Translations under genes and position numbers: made by a program | Notes under the pieces: model-generated | Seen by the model: the letters and a program-made list of their open reading frames with translations, nothing else | Told to the model about the DNA's origin: nothing | The model's database searches: none | Shown: positions 37,681 through 54,149 of the stretch, piece by piece | How the letters are laid out: the number at the start of each line of letters is the position of its first letter | How positions within the stretch are numbered: the stretch's first letter is position 1 | From: Octopus sinensis | Taxonomy: Eukaryota | Reading direction: 5' to 3' | DNA length: 64,000 nt | Assembly: GCF_006345805.1 (NCBI RefSeq) | Contig: NC_043008.1 | Location: forward strand, 69,812,001-69,876,000

Positions 37681-40244
37681 CCCCCCACCGTACACACATA
37701 CATGTATTTATGCATGTGTGTGTATATAAGTATAATATAGGTGAATCCAAAATAAAAAAGAAGGCAACAAAAGTCAATCAGATGTATACCGTAAATATAT
37801 TAAATTGGTGCTTAGCGAAAGTTTTAGATGGAAAAATAGTGGAAATGATTTTTGAGCATGGCTCTTTGTTGGAAAGAGGAAAAATTCCAGAAAGAAGGAG
37901 CAGATAGACTGGAGAAATGCATGTGTATTGTTACATGACAAAGCATATTTGATTGGAAGCCAGTCTTTGAAGAGATGTGGCTTGAGATGTGAGGTTTTTG
38001 GAAGAGCAAATAAGAGAGATATATAGAAGATTTCAACTATTGAGGGGGTAAGTTGGAAAGGAAATGAGTGAGAAGCAACTGAAATTGCTTGAGAAAGGAA
38101 TGATGGTCAGGCATGGTGATGAAGTGGAGGTGTAGATAGGAGTGCGGGGGAGGTGGTGGGAAAAGGAATAGTGTAGGAAAGCAGTGGAGTGAAACAAGTT
38201 GCAAGATAAAAATTCAACTTATCCAACGAACAGGTAATTCAATACTTTTTATGTAATAAGCATCAGGTAGTGCAGTAACTTATTGACCAGTGACCAGTAG
38301 GCTGTCCTGTACCTTACTCACATTTCCTGCATTAGCACTGTTTAGTCAAACCAGCCCATCATCTCAACTGTGAAATCCAGCTTCTTGAGATGTAAATTCA
38401 CCATGTATCCATATCTCCCCTCATTTTCCTATATCTTCTTGCATATTCCCAAATCTTCCTACATATTTCTTCATCTTTTCCCACATCTTCTCACATCTTG
38501 TCTACATCTACACCTTTTCTCTATATTTTTCCACATCTTCCTACAACTTTTCATATTTCCATGTCTTGCCCTGGCCTTCCCCCCCCCCCTTCACCTTCCC
38601 GCATCCTCCCCTCCATGCATCCCACATCTTCCCTTCCATGCATCCCACATCCTCCCTGCCATGCATCCCACACCTTCCCCTCCTTGCTTTCTCACACTCT
38701 CCCCTTCTTGCCTTTCCACATATTCTCACCGCCTTCTCACATCCTCCCCTTGTCTTCCCACATCCTCCCCTTGCCTTCCTACAACTTCTGATATTTTCTC
38801 CCCAAATTCCTGCACCATCTTTTTTTTTTTTTATTAGTTTCAGCTCAGAGCTGCGGCCATGCTGATGCACCCTGCATATTTTTCAATATCTCTATGTCCT
38901 CCCACATCTTCCAACCCATGCCTGCATGGGAAACAGATGTTAAATGATGATGATGAGTCTAATCCATGCCAGCATGGAAAATGGACGTTAAATGATGATG
39001 GTCTTTCTCATCCAATAAGTATTTCCCCCACACACACCACTTTTGTCATCCATCTCACAGCACCATCCATTCCCATCACCCTTTTTTTTATATCATACTG
39101 TCATCTCACCTGCATAAAACATCAACTTTTATACCCAGGTACCCCACTCCATGCTAATAACTTCAATAGCCAGTGACTTTCCCCATATATCACTACATGC
39201 CTGCACCTTACTTTTGCTTTCAATAACCAGCTAACCTCATATACACACTGGTACCTTCATTAATAAGCTACCCTATCCTTCATTATATGAACCAATGCAT
39301 TTAACACCCACTGTAAAAGATGTACAAGAAGACCATGAAGTGGTTGGTAGTAGTTGAGCAACATCAAGGAGTGGACATGGGAAGATGGAGGATGGAGAAA
39401 GATGGGAGGGAGAGATCGAGTTGGTTTGCTTGTACACAACCTACTTAGGATTTTCTGTGATTGATATCTTTAAAATAAAACCACTTTCTCTTCTGTACAA
39501 ATCCAATGACTCATCTGCAATTGGTTTACCAGTGATATTAACTGACGTACATATTTAAACACAGCAATGCAATTTGAAGTTCTAAGATTCTCTTCTGAGA
39601 ATTTGACAGCAAACATTACATTTGTTTATACATGGATGTGTGTATATGTGAGTATGTATTTCAAAGTGTGTGTTTGTCTGCTATTGGTTGATTTATATCC
39701 CATTAACTTTACATAGTCAAACTTAATTCTACTGTGAACCCCACAAATAAATTAGAAATTTGTTAAAAAAAGAATATTTGCTAATTTCTTTTCTTTTATC
39801 ACTTCTATTCACACATGCATGCACAAGCATATTTCATATATATTATATAAAATTGACCAGATCAGAGAAGTTAGAGAATAGATGTTTATTCATTTGTTGA
39901 TTGCTGTTTCATAATATATGTTAGTTACATAAGTGATGCTGTATCAGTTGTCACACTTGTATACACGCACACACACCTATGAACATAATTGTGCTGTACC
40001 ATAATGAACAGATTACACATCAGAATATTTCATGGTAAGTCAAACACCAGACTTTACTATAAATTAGCAAGTTATTCCAGTTTATAGTTATAGATGATCG
40101 ATGTATTTAGCAGACTTTACCCTTTACAAGTACTAGAATGACTTTGTATGACATGTGCTACAAAAGTGAAGATGAATTGATAAAGCTAAATTCAGGAAAA
40201 CATGCAGAAAATCAAAAGTTAAAAAAATAAAATATAATCAAGTA

Positions 40245-41727
40245 TTAGTTGGCCAAAAAGTCTGTCTAATTTTTGTTGACACTGAACTTCAAGCACACGA
40301 ATAAATAGCTAACTTCCTTGCACATGCACACTTCTTAGATACCTGACATTTCAATGAGGTTCAATGCAAGCTTGCAACGAGACAGGTTGTATTTTGTGTG
40401 CTTGGGATCATCCTGAAAATGGAAAACAAAAACATTATCGACACCTCTTACTTTTTTTTTTACATTTAAAGTAGCAGAAACGTGCAGGAAGATAGGTACT
40501 GAGAGGATACTGTTATGGAACAGGTGTACCAGAAGTGGCTTGCTAGATTTTGATCAGGAAATTTTTCTGTTCAAGATGAACCTTGTTCTGGTTGGCCAAC
40601 TGACATTATCAGTGACACCAACCCATGCTATACGAACAGGATAATTGCATGTATTCTCCAAAGATCCAAATTGAATGTTGAAAACCATCTGTGTCAACTT
40701 GAGTCAGCAGGTGCAATATTTGGGCACCCCTATCAATTAATTGAGGCTAACCTTGCCCAGCTATCAACAAATGGAATAAACATCTATTCTCTAACTTCTC
40801 TTACCTGGTCAATTTTATATAATATATATGAAATATGTTTGTGCATGCATGAATTTGTGTGTGTGTGAAATTCACTTAATTTTGCACCTTCAAACTTCCA
40901 CCTGTTTCAGTCTCTTCAAAATTCATTGAACAGAAAAAAACCTTCAATTCTAAAGAGGATGTAAAAATTCATCTGGAAGAGCTTTTCACTGGTAAAGACG
41001 TGAAATTCTTTGTGCATAGAATTAACATTAAAATTCTGCGATTCATCGCAGAAACATGAAAAAAAGAGATCCTGTTTTGAAGAGAATGGTAATAGGATTT
41101 GAAAATTGGAACATTCTATAAGAATGTGAAGTGCAAACAATCATGGGGGACATGCAGTAAACCACCACAAATGACTGCTGCCTAAGGAAGGTTATGTTTT
41201 CAATTTATTGAGATCAGAAGGGTGTTGTCATTAACAAGTTTCATCCAATGGACAGAACCATCAATTTGTATGTGCATTGAGAATATGTGGACAAATTAAA
41301 TGTAGATATCCACCACAAGTTAAGCACTTGCTAATTGTAAAGGCATTGTCTTTCATCACAACAATGCCAGACCTCAAACTGCTTTGCATATGTAGCAGAA
41401 ATTACTGGGGCTTGGCTGGGAGGTTTTGCCACATCCTCCATATTCACTTAATTTTGTACCTTCAAACTTCCACCTGTTTCAGTCTCTTCAAAATTCATTG
41501 AACAGAAAAAAACCTTCAATTCTAAAGAGGATGTAAAAATTCATCTGGAAGAGCTTTTCACTGGTAAAAACATGACATTCTTTGTGCATGGAATAATGGA
41601 TTTGCCCACAAGTTTGTTGAAGATACTTGAAATAAAACAGTAATTATATCACTGATTAAATAAACAGTTTCGTTTAAAACTTCTTATTTTCACCTAAAAA
41701 ATCGAATGAACTTTTTGGCTAACCCAA
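40245..41727 (+). mobile_element. Decayed mariner element with internal direct duplication of about 150 bp
   Basis: TIRs TA|ttagttggccaaaaagt and actttttggctaacccaa|TA; HHNNARP..EVLPHPPYSLNFVPSNFHLFQSLQNSL; segment 40871-41020 repeated at 41443-41592. Confidence 0.88.
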
Positions 41728-41876
41728 TAAAATAAGTTGATCATAAAGATTTACCAAAACTTTGGCTGAATAAAGCCATATAAGATAAAAAATAAAATAT
41801 AGTATGTAAATAACTAAAACAAAAGATATGGAGAAAACTGAATGGGGAGTTAAAGATAGAGAGTGGAGTCTTGCTT

Positions 41877-43330
<1,454 letters not shown>

Positions 43331-44644
43331 ACACCACACACACACACACACTTGTGTTATTCACTCCCACACATTAATGTGTATTTCAGCATATAAAATC
43401 ATAGCATGACCATTGAAGGAATAACTTTCTTGTAAGTATATCTTGGTTGAATTAACATATCAGAAAATATTTTTATGCATCCGTTGCCATGTGAATGTAT
43501 ATAAGTATGTATGTATGTGTGTGTATATGTGTGTGAAGATTTTGTTTTTGGTTAAACACATATCTTCTTTGATACCAACTTATCTGAAACTGTTTATAGT
43601 TCTATAATACAAACTTGCTTCTTTTAAAGTGATCTAAATTAAAACCTTCTATCAGAATTTCATGTTAATTTATGTCTCAAACTACAGCTTAATAATGACA
43701 AAATTACTTAAAATCCTTAATTATTTTCACAATTAATTAAAACAAAGGCAATGTACTTTAACAGGAATGTAGAAACAAAAGGGTTAATCAGATGTAAAGA
43801 ACAACAATCTTGTGTATGTATATAGTGCTCGGGTGGAGGACTACAGGGGTGGTTCCAAAAAGCAGCTGTGGTTCACTTTGAAGAGGGATAGCAACACTTC
43901 AAGAGTAGCCGACAACTCTATTATTCTAACAGGGGGTTTTGCAGTCAGAGAAGCATTGATGATATGGAAGGAGAAACATACTCAGAACTACCAGACAAAG
44001 CAAGGAAAGAAGTAGGCATGTAGAGAAATACCAATGGTCTTTAGGTAAAGTTTTACATGATACCTGTAGTCAAAGTTACGTGCCAAGGATTGGGATAAGT
44101 AGTAATCCAAAGATCTACAACATGATGATCGTCATTGAATAACCATGTTGTTTTGTATTATGGCCAGGTTCCAACCCAGGCTGTGTGTGTAAGTATTACT
44201 CTGTCCTAGCTTTGACATCATCTGAGAGATGTTAACAATTGTTACCATGAAGTAAGTGGTGTCCTTCATTTCCAAAATTCTGTCAAAACATGGCTAGTCA
44301 TGAGGAAGCATTAAATTATTTGGAAATAGATAAGAGTTGATGACAGGAGGGGCATCTGGTTTCAGAAAATCTACCTCATTGAATTTCATCTGACCTATGC
44401 AGGCATGGAAAAGTGGATGTTGAAACAATGACAACGATGCTGAAATACAATGCTGTCACTAGAATTCAGATAATATCAATATTGAAGAAGTTACAAATAG
44501 AAATTTGAGAAAAGTCTTGATTCTGTGTTTCCTGTTCTACCTATAGATTGTATTTGCAAAATGTGAATGAGCTGGTCACTTCTTTTTCTTTGTGTGAAAA
44601 CCTGAAGGACTTTTATTTTTTAATTTTTTAATTATAATCTAGAC

Positions 44645-45025
44645 CAGTGGTTCCCAACCTTTTCACTACCAAGGACCCCTTTTATTTAAATGAATTTTCC
44701 CACAGACCCTTTTTAATATGCTTATCCTCATGTATATATATATATGATTGACCGCTAGCTTCAAAAGCCTTTTTTAATTCTCTCTCTGTTTATTTCCTTG
44801 TGTTCCTTTCTGTTAAAAAGCGTAGACTCGAAATGTAAAAGACTTTCTCACCTTCCCAAGCATTAAACTAAGACACCTGTTAGATATTCATACACCTGTC
44901 TTCATCTTTTGTTTTTCTGTAAATTCCCACTATATATATATCAAATTTTGAATTTAGTTCATGGACCCCCAGTACTACCTTTGCAGACCACTAGGGGTCC
45001 ACTGACCACAAGTTGGGAACCACTG
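44645..45025. mobile_element. hAT (Charlie-like) MITE with exact 8-bp TSD and nested PLE remnant
   Basis: TIR cagtggttcccaac / gttgggaaccactg; TSD atctagac at 44637-44644 and 45026-45033; PLE-type repeat at about 44750-44925. Confidence 0.9.
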
Positions 45026-45372
45026 ATCTAGACATTTAATAGAATAACCAAACAGATGTGCCAATGATTATAATATGAGAATTTATTAGCTGGGTAGAGA
45101 AACTGTAGGTTTGAATGCAGATGTCTATGAATATTCTCTTCCTCAAAGATTTTGAGATTAATATCCATACCTGCTGGGTGATATGTATAGCATGTATGTG
45201 TGTGTGTGTGTGTGTGTGAGTGCACTTGCATATGCGTGTGTGTACATGTGTACACAATGGACATCCTTCAGTTTCTGACCACAAAATCCACTCACAATGT
45301 TTTCCTCTGCATAGAAAAAGGACCTTAAATAATAATGATGACCATCATCATTGTACATGCACATATAATATA

Positions 45373-45411
<39 letters not shown>

Positions 45412-46706
45412 TTGTTCAATACACAAATATACATACACCTGTATGTTTATATATATATGTATGTATGTTCAATACACACAAATATACATACACCTGCATA
45501 TATGTATGCATATATTCAGTACACACATATACACATGTATATATATATATAAGTATACATGCATACGTATTTGTATATGTACACATACAAAGAAAGATAT
45601 ATATATATATATATATATATACTCACACACACACACACATATAATATATATATTTATGCATATATATATATTTTATATGTATTTATGTATGTGTGTGTAG
45701 ATGTTCGTATGTATTCAATCTCAGATTACTGTTCAGTTAACAAAAGTATATTCAATGTCTCATTGTGTGTATGTATGTGGTGTGTGTGTGTGTGCATTGG
45801 TGTGTGGGTGGGCATGTGTCTTCTTTACCACAATTTTCTAATTGAGATAAGTGGTTGGTACTAGAGATAAATATTTGATGCTTAATTTGTTAGAAAGAAT
45901 TCCTTGAGTCCCTAGGGAGTGTCAAAAGCAGCACATTTGTCTATGAATACTTAAGGCTTGGTTTGGTTTCTCTCTGTGTGTTCAGTATTTATTTTGTCTC
46001 CCAAAATAATGTAGTTTACAAAATGTATAACACATAATATTGTTTAGAAATGTATGTTAGTGGCTTTGCACTCTACTAACATATCTTTGGATGGTGCTGC
46101 TATTTCACGTGTGTACACACACATACACACACACACATCTTGAGTCACTTCCCAAATACATAGTGTTCTGCATCAGGGCCAGTTATAATTCAGCTCTGAT
46201 ATGTCAATGACTTTAAACAAAACTCAATGACCCCTGACATCAGAATGCTTGCTCACTTGTCTGGCACAATACTGCTGTTATTGTTGCACATTTAAACTTA
46301 TTAGGGTCACATCTAGAAGACAACAATTTCCTCTTTAAGACCAAGAAATATTTCAGTCACAAAGGCTTGTTGAAGGCTTACAAAATTCTGAAGATTTATA
46401 TGTGTACTGCTAACAGATCTGGGGCTGTACTGCTACTTCTCTCTCCCTCAAACAATCTTGACCACAAAAAAAGTTTAAAAAATGATCCCTAAGTTGATTA
46501 GTAAATATTCAATCACCAATATATTGAACCACTGGCTCACAGACCAACATTATTTAAATATCAGCACATTGGATAGGTGTCCATGGGCTCCTAGAGTCTA
46601 AGGACTTGCTGCTAATCTATGTATGTATATAGGAGCTGCTGCAGTACATTGGTTTGCCAGGAGGAGGGGTCTATAATGTTGTTCAGAGAGTTCTGTCATA
46701 GATATA

Positions 46707-47270
46707 CGAGGGTGAGTCAAAAAGTAATGCCATTTTGTTTAGGACAAGTATAATTACCTACACAGGAACATGTATCATACATCAAAATGAAGCTGGTCCT
46801 CTGTGAATTACATCACTACTTCTCAACACAGTCGCCGTTTCTCACAATAGCAATGTTCCACCTTCGAACGAGAGGATGTATCCCTGCCCCGTAAAATTCT
46901 GTTGACTGTTGTTTCAGCCACTTCTTCATTTCAGTTTTCACTTCCTCGTCACTGGAATAATGTTTGCCTCTCAAGCCCTCTTTCATGGAGCTGAAAAGAT
47001 GATAGTCTGAAGGCGCTAAATCTGGTGACGAGGAAGTGAAAACTGAAGTGAAGAAGTGGCTCAAAGAACAGTCAACAGAATTTTACGGGGCAGAGATACA
47101 TGCTCTCATTCGAAGGTGGAACATTGCTATTGAGAGAAAAGGTAACTATGTTGAGAAGTAGTGATGTGATCCACAGAGAACCAGCTTCATTTTGATGTAT
47201 GATACATGCTCCTGTGTTGGTAAGTACACCTGTCTTAAACAAAATGGCATTACTTTTTGACTCACCCTTG
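46707..47270. mobile_element. Palindromic mariner derivative built from two inverted 3' ends
   Basis: TA|cgagggtgagtcaaaaagtaatgcc ... ggcattactttttgactcacccttg|TA; arms of about 250 bp; minus frame SPDLAPSDYHLFSSMKEGLRGKHYSSDEEVKTEMKKWL. Confidence 0.93.
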
Positions 47271-48944
47271 TACTTTTGTACTCTCCCTGTCTCTTCTATC
47301 ACTGTCACAATGGCTGCTGCTCATCTCATCTTGCTGCATGAACATGTCAGCCAAATCGAATGACACCCACAGCCCTACAAATTTCATGCTTTCTACTCTC
47401 TTTCACCTTCCCTTCAACCTTATGCTTTGCAGTTATATCTGTACAGACAGGTGTCAACACTTTGTATGTACAATATCTCTGTGAACAGAAAAACAGCGAC
47501 AAACTGAAATAGCTTAAGCCTTGTGTTGGGATTTCATCAGTGACTGTACTTTTAACTATTAGTAATCAATAAACCTGGTATTACTAACTGAAAAATATGA
47601 AAATGCCTTAATTAGAAAAACAAAGATAGAAAGTGAATGCACTCATACACACAAGCATAGGGAATTGGGATATATACATGTGTGTGCATATATATGTATA
47701 TATAGATATGTACACATACACACAAACATAAACCTGCAATGTATTTTTGTGCGTTGTAAGAATTGTTAACAAGAAGAGTGTTTGGTCATAAGACATTTCC
47801 ATAGCAAACATGTTTAACCCATGCACTCATAGCAAAGGGCTCATATATATGCATATATATATGTATGAATATGTGTGTGTGTGTGTGTGTGTGCATGCAT
47901 GTACATTTATACTTGAAACATCTCATGAAAGTTAGAAAATTCTCTCCATGTGTAAAGGAAATTTTAAGATAGCTCAAGAGAATAGGCTAAAAATATTACC
48001 TATCACTGAGTATTGATGTTTGAAAATATCTTGTATTGTAATCTATTTAGTACAGTAAAATTAGAAGCTTGGCGATACATATCGAGAAACATGTAAACAG
48101 TTATAAAAGTAATGGGCCTGACATACATAATATGCTGCGTTACCTGACTGTGAGTGGTAAGTCAACACGTACCTCTTACCTTAATGAAGGGCAGATCTCT
48201 AACTGATTGTAAACTAAAATATTTCAAATTATATATGAAATTAATAACATGAAACGAAAACATCTGTCTTACATACAAACCAGATAATACTATAAAAACA
48301 GCTTTGAAAGTTAAGGAAAGAACTTAAATTTCAAAGTTAGGCATTAAAAAAATATATATTTTAAGGATAACTTAACAAAATGATAGCGATATATTAATGT
48401 TGAAAAAATATTTTTCATGATAACAAGAAAATATATTACATGTAAAGAGATTTAAAAAAACAACAATTATATATTTTTGTGCATGTGTGTATACGTTTAG
48501 TTTTTGTTTATGCTTTGGTGCAAAAAGCACAAGTACTCAATATAACTTTGTTGGCAGTGTGTAGAGTGTAAGATAAGCAGAGAATATGTTTCTTTCATCC
48601 ACCATCCTACCTCAATCTTCAATTTAAAAAAACGAGCTAATTTCAACTTGCTGACACATGACTAAGTATTTCCTCAAGAATTTCAAAGATGATTTACACT
48701 TCTTGCACCACTAAAGATGTTTTATTGCTTTCAAACTCACTAATGTGTATAGTCAACGAACCAGACAAAATTGCAGTTTGGGAATGTAAGCCCTGTTTAT
48801 TACACATTAATTAATGCACATATATGCATACATACACTCATGCTTGTATACATGTTCACATAAACACATGCACTCACACATGCATATAGATCCTCACAGA
48901 CATAAAGATCTAAATGTGTGTTTGTATAAGCACATGTATGTGTG

Positions 48945-48987
<43 letters not shown>

Positions 48988-49299
48988 GTGCATTTGTGTA
49001 TGCGTGCTTGTGTGTGTGTGTGTGTGGGTGGATGTATGTATATATATGTATGTGTGTTCATGTACATAATATTTACCACAAAGATATAATAGTTCCTGCC
49101 TCATTTTCACTGATGATGTTTTGAAATGTTCAATCAACTGAACTACCTACTCATAGAAGTGGTTGAGTATAGCACAGATATATCGACCCTTAATCTCAAG
49201 GTATAATCAGTGACACACTGCATAAGGCAAAGCTCTTTAAATTACAAAAATAGACCATTTTGTATTCTAAAAAATTGGCTGAGTATTCCATAGGCATCT

Positions 49300-49690
49300 T
49301 TTATTTTTTACTTGCTTCAGTCATTAGACTGTGGTCATGCTGGGGCAAAGCTTTGGAGAACTTTTAGTCAAATGAACTGACACCAGTACTTACTTTTTTT
49401 TTAAACTAGTTACTTCTTCTATTGATCTTGTTTGCCAAACTACTAAGTTATAGGGATGCAAACTTAGCAACACCAATTGTCAAGTGGTGGCAGGGAACAA
49501 ACAGAGACATGAAGACACACAGACACACATTACAGGCTTCTTTCAGTTTCCATTTACCAAATTCACTCACAAGGCTTTGGTCAGCCTGAAGCTATAGTTG
49601 AAGACGCTTGCTCAAAGTACCATGCAGTGGGACTGAACCCGGAACCATATGGTTGGGAAGCAAGCTTCTCATCACACAGCCATGCATGCA
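49300..49690 (-). mobile_element. Family B SINE, CpG-depleted copy
   Basis: cttgcttcagtcattagactgtggtcatgc..aaattcactcacaaggctttggtcagcctg..ggaaccatatggttggg. Confidence 0.85.
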
Positions 49691-50077
49691 CCTACACATA
49701 TATATGTTTTGGAATTCTCAGACAAAATCATTACGATACTGTATATGCTGGGACTGGACCTTTGATTATAGGTCATTTCATCTGATTGAGTTCCAATTGA
49801 TTTTGTTTGTGCAATTTCACCCTGCAGGTTTGGGTTGACCTGATACCATGACGAATGACACCTGCCCAAAATACCTTTCAGTTGGATCGAAACGGTAACC
49901 TTGTGAGTGTGAACTGAACTTAATAACTACTTGGGCATGTTATTGCAAGAAGTATGTAGAAATATAGACTGATATAAATATAAGTACATATATATACACA
50001 TACATATATATGTTTGTATATATATATATGAATGTGTGTGCATACATATATACATATATGTATGTATGTATATATGC

Positions 50078-50119
<42 letters not shown>

Positions 50120-50194
50120 GCATTCATGTAAATATAATCTTTTTATATTATTTAGCATTCGAATGATAGAGATCGTTACACATCTGTTGAAATG

Positions 50195-50202
50195 GCTGCC
50201 TT

Positions 50203-50238
<36 letters not shown>

Positions 50239-50301
50239 ACTACTACTACTCTACTACTACTACTACTACCACCACCACCACCACCACTACTACTACCACC
50301 G

Positions 50302-50332
<31 letters not shown>

Positions 50333-50460
50333 ATAATGGTATTAATCAAAATAACATCAACAGCAGGCACATCAATAAAAACAACATTACTGACAACACA
50401 AATAATAATAATAATAATAATAATAATACAAGTAGCAATAATAATGATAATAACAATAAA
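50195..50460. repeat. (ACT)n/(ACC)n and (AAT)n trinucleotide arrays
   Basis: Seen directly. Confidence 0.9.
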
Positions 50461-50662
50461 AGTACAGTAGCAAAAGAGATTTCTTTTATATTATATGCAA
50501 TTTGTCCAGCACTCCACTTGCTCTGCCATCTACCGCCCTAATGATAATACTAATAATAATGTTGATGATGATGGCATTTCATAACATGGTAACACGTGTC
50601 AATAATCAGTGTAAAAGATGTATACATGCTCATGTATACATATGTGCTTGTGTCTATATATG

Positions 50663-50716
<54 letters not shown>

Positions 50717-53700
50717 TGGGAGGAGGAAAAATGAAGAAAAAGAAACAAAAACAATGCAAAATAATAAGGAAAACAAATAAAGCAAGACAAACAAACGCTA
50801 GAATGTGTTTAAAGTTCTGTATGGAAGTCAAAATAGCGGAACTGTTCACCGGAACATTCTGGAATGGTTGGCAGTCATTTACTGATTTTTTTTGTTACTG
50901 TGGCCTCTAGACTGGAAAAAACACAAACATATATAAAAAAAATGCAAACATACATATATATTTAAAATGTGTATGTGTCCATCTATATATATATATATAT
51001 ACACATATATATGGTTTGTGTGTATGTAAATATGATATAATAAAATATACAAAAGAACGTGCAACATTATTATTATTCATTTAGCTTCAGTTCATGAAGC
51101 ACCAACTGTATATTGATATAACAGCTCCAACCCCATGGTGGGACCTTTCACTGTGTGTTTTGTTGTGTTTTTTGCTATTGTTGTATTGTTTTCTCATTGT
51201 TCTGTGTTAGCTTTTGTGTTGCTCTTTTTATTGTTTTTTTCTTTTTGTTCATGAGGAACGCAAAGGATTTGTGTGTGCATATATGTGTGAATGTGAACGT
51301 GTATTTGTGTGTGTGTGTGTGTGTGTATAAATGTAATTACATACACATTGATTGTATAAACATATATTATATATACATATGTCAGTATATGTATGAATGT
51401 ATATATCTAAGTTTATATTTATGTGTATGCGAATATATTTGTATGTATAATATGTAGATGTATCTGTGTGTATGTGTGTGTATTTATCATGTATGTATAT
51501 GTCTGTGTGCTTCACTAAAAGGCAAGAAAAAGAGTGATGTCTTGTCTAATTCTTTAGTGTATCATTGAAGGGTATATTAAAATAAAAGTTTGAGGTGTAA
51601 CTTGGAGTTTTGTTAGGTTGCCTGACATACTAATTCAAACATTTATTAGCGTAACCATGGACTGAATTTCAACCTACTTGAAATAACAGCCAAACATCAT
51701 TCAAATTACACATTAAAAAAAAAATTAAAAAATATCCACTTTGGATATTGCAGCGTTGGGCATATAGTCTGAATGTAAGATAGGATTGCCATGATTGGAA
51801 AACTTTGATAATAGGTTCATTTGCTCAGAACTGATCTGTGACTAAACAACAACAATAGGAGAGACAAATGTTGTTTGTTATGCTAATATTAATTGGTTGA
51901 CCTGCTGGAAATAACTGAAATTGTCTTCAAACCACATATTGCTAGCTTAACAAAAAGGATAACATAATTGCAGTGTTTCTCAGATTTGTGAGCTTGTTAC
52001 AGTTTAGTTCAAGATCAAACCTGATCCTCTGAGTTGTTTTTTTTTTTTTAATAATCCAAGGTGTTCCAATTGTGGCCAGCCACTCATTCATTCAGACATA
52101 GTTCTAACTGAGACTCAGCATCATCATTGTTTTAACATCCACTTTTTCATGCTTGCATGGGTCAGATGGAATTTGCTAGGACAGATTTTTACTACAAATA
52201 GATGCTCTTCTTATCCCTAATATTTAAATAAAATAATATTTTTCAAAGTCTGAAAGATTGGAAATGGTTGTCATTATTTCTTTGATGGTGATGCTCATTT
52301 ACAACTATCAGGACAAGGCAACACAAACACACAGATGATTGACTTCTTTCAGTTTCTGTCTACCAAATCCACTCACAAAGCATTGGTTAGCCTGGGGCTG
52401 TAGTAGATGACACTTGCTCTTGGTGCCATGCAGTGAGACTGTTGTCTTTTTTTTTTAGACAATGGTTTTTTTTTTTAACAACTTTTTAAAATCCTGTCAG
52501 TTATGCACTGTCTGGCACTAGGTGTCATGTGGAAGTATGCTTTAATGTTCCTGACCCACCGAAAACAAGTAAGCACACTGATTTGAAACTGTTCATTGCT
52601 GTATGAATCACCAAAGCTGTAAAATGTAGCATCACAGTAGAGCTTATTGTTCTAAGTAGTAGACCCTGAGACTATAAATAAGTACCACATGGTGGGTACA
52701 GTACTCTGGTTATCTAGCTGTCAGTACCATTGATTATCACAATTTGCTGCTGTGTCAAGTTCACCAAGTTGTAAATAAATCCTATGGGGGTTTCTTGACA
52801 TATCCTGTATACCAAGTACAAAATAGGAACTCCATGGATGTAAAATATCCTAGTGTTCACACAGGTTTTAAATAAATTCATCTTTATTTTTGTGACTGGA
52901 AGCAAGTATTCAGGAGTTGTAGTTGTCTCACAAGAAACTTGATCTGAAAGTCTGTGTTGGAACTGAAGCAACTCTATTATGGCAGTACCATTTATTAACT
53001 CACAAACCTGTTATTTTCACTTCAAATTTAGATATATTTCATGAGGTGTCAAGATTTCTGTCACACAACTGCCACCTGTTCATTGACTCAATGGAATTGC
53101 AAATTGGTTGTGGTAGCAGTGGGACCTGGTTGCAGTTGTACAGCAAAAATTTTGTCACCTCATGAAATAAATTTAAATTTAAAGTGAATTTAACAGTTTT
53201 GCATGTTAATAAATTGCTCTGCCATGATGTAGAATAATGTGTTCTGTCCTTCAGTTTATGAATGTTTTACCAAGGAGGGACACAGTTCAATGAAGTATGC
53301 TTTCTGGCCAGTAGCATATAATTATTTAATCTAGGTGCAGCTCCCTTATCTATTAATGTAGCATAGAAAAACCTGTACGTCTACTGTCATAAACAAGTGC
53401 AGCTTACTTAGTAGTAAAAAACGTACAATGTGGAAGTGCATGCTCTTTCTTGGGGTAGTGTATTGTTTAATACATCAGTCTTAGTTTGAGGTGTAGTCCT
53501 GTGTTTATTTAGAACAGGGTTACCCAACCATTTTTCTACTATCTTCCTCTATAATTTCCCAGAAAAATATATGCCCACCAGAGGTTGAAAAAAAAACTTT
53601 ATTTTTCATATTTCATAATTATATACTTTCCTTAAAGAAATACCCACACCAGGGCATTAGAAAAGCACTATACTGAAGCAACAGCCTTCAGTATTCTTGG

Positions 53701-54149
53701 CTGGGAGGATTGGTTTGGCTAGGTTGAGTATAGGTATAGTATGTTTGCTGTGGAAAAAAGATTTTCACAATTCTATGTCCCTCTGAAAAAGAAAAAAAAA
53801 AATTAAAATTTGGGTTTCCCATGCCCCATCACTATTTTCCCAGACTTCACCGGTGGGGCATATTCCTCATGTTAGGAATCACTAATTTAGAAAGACTGAC
53901 ATTTTCTCCATAGAAACAAATGTCTCCCAAGCTGTTTCTTGCAAAGTAACAGTGAACTCTACAACTTTGACTATGTTCTTATTGTTGCTTTAGAAAGTGC
54001 TGTACCCTCTCGGGTACCAGCTGTTAGAGCGAGTCATTAAGTTTTAAGTGCTTTGATCATTAAAAACAAAAACAAAACAAACAGAACACAATGTTATGTT
54101 TAGAGACAGACTCAGACAACTGACTGCTTAGTTAGCTTTTATCTTCTTA

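Noticed and set aside
46255-46315. CDPNKFKC resembling an LDLa repeat
   Set aside because: The rest of the LDLa cysteine/acidic pattern is absent.
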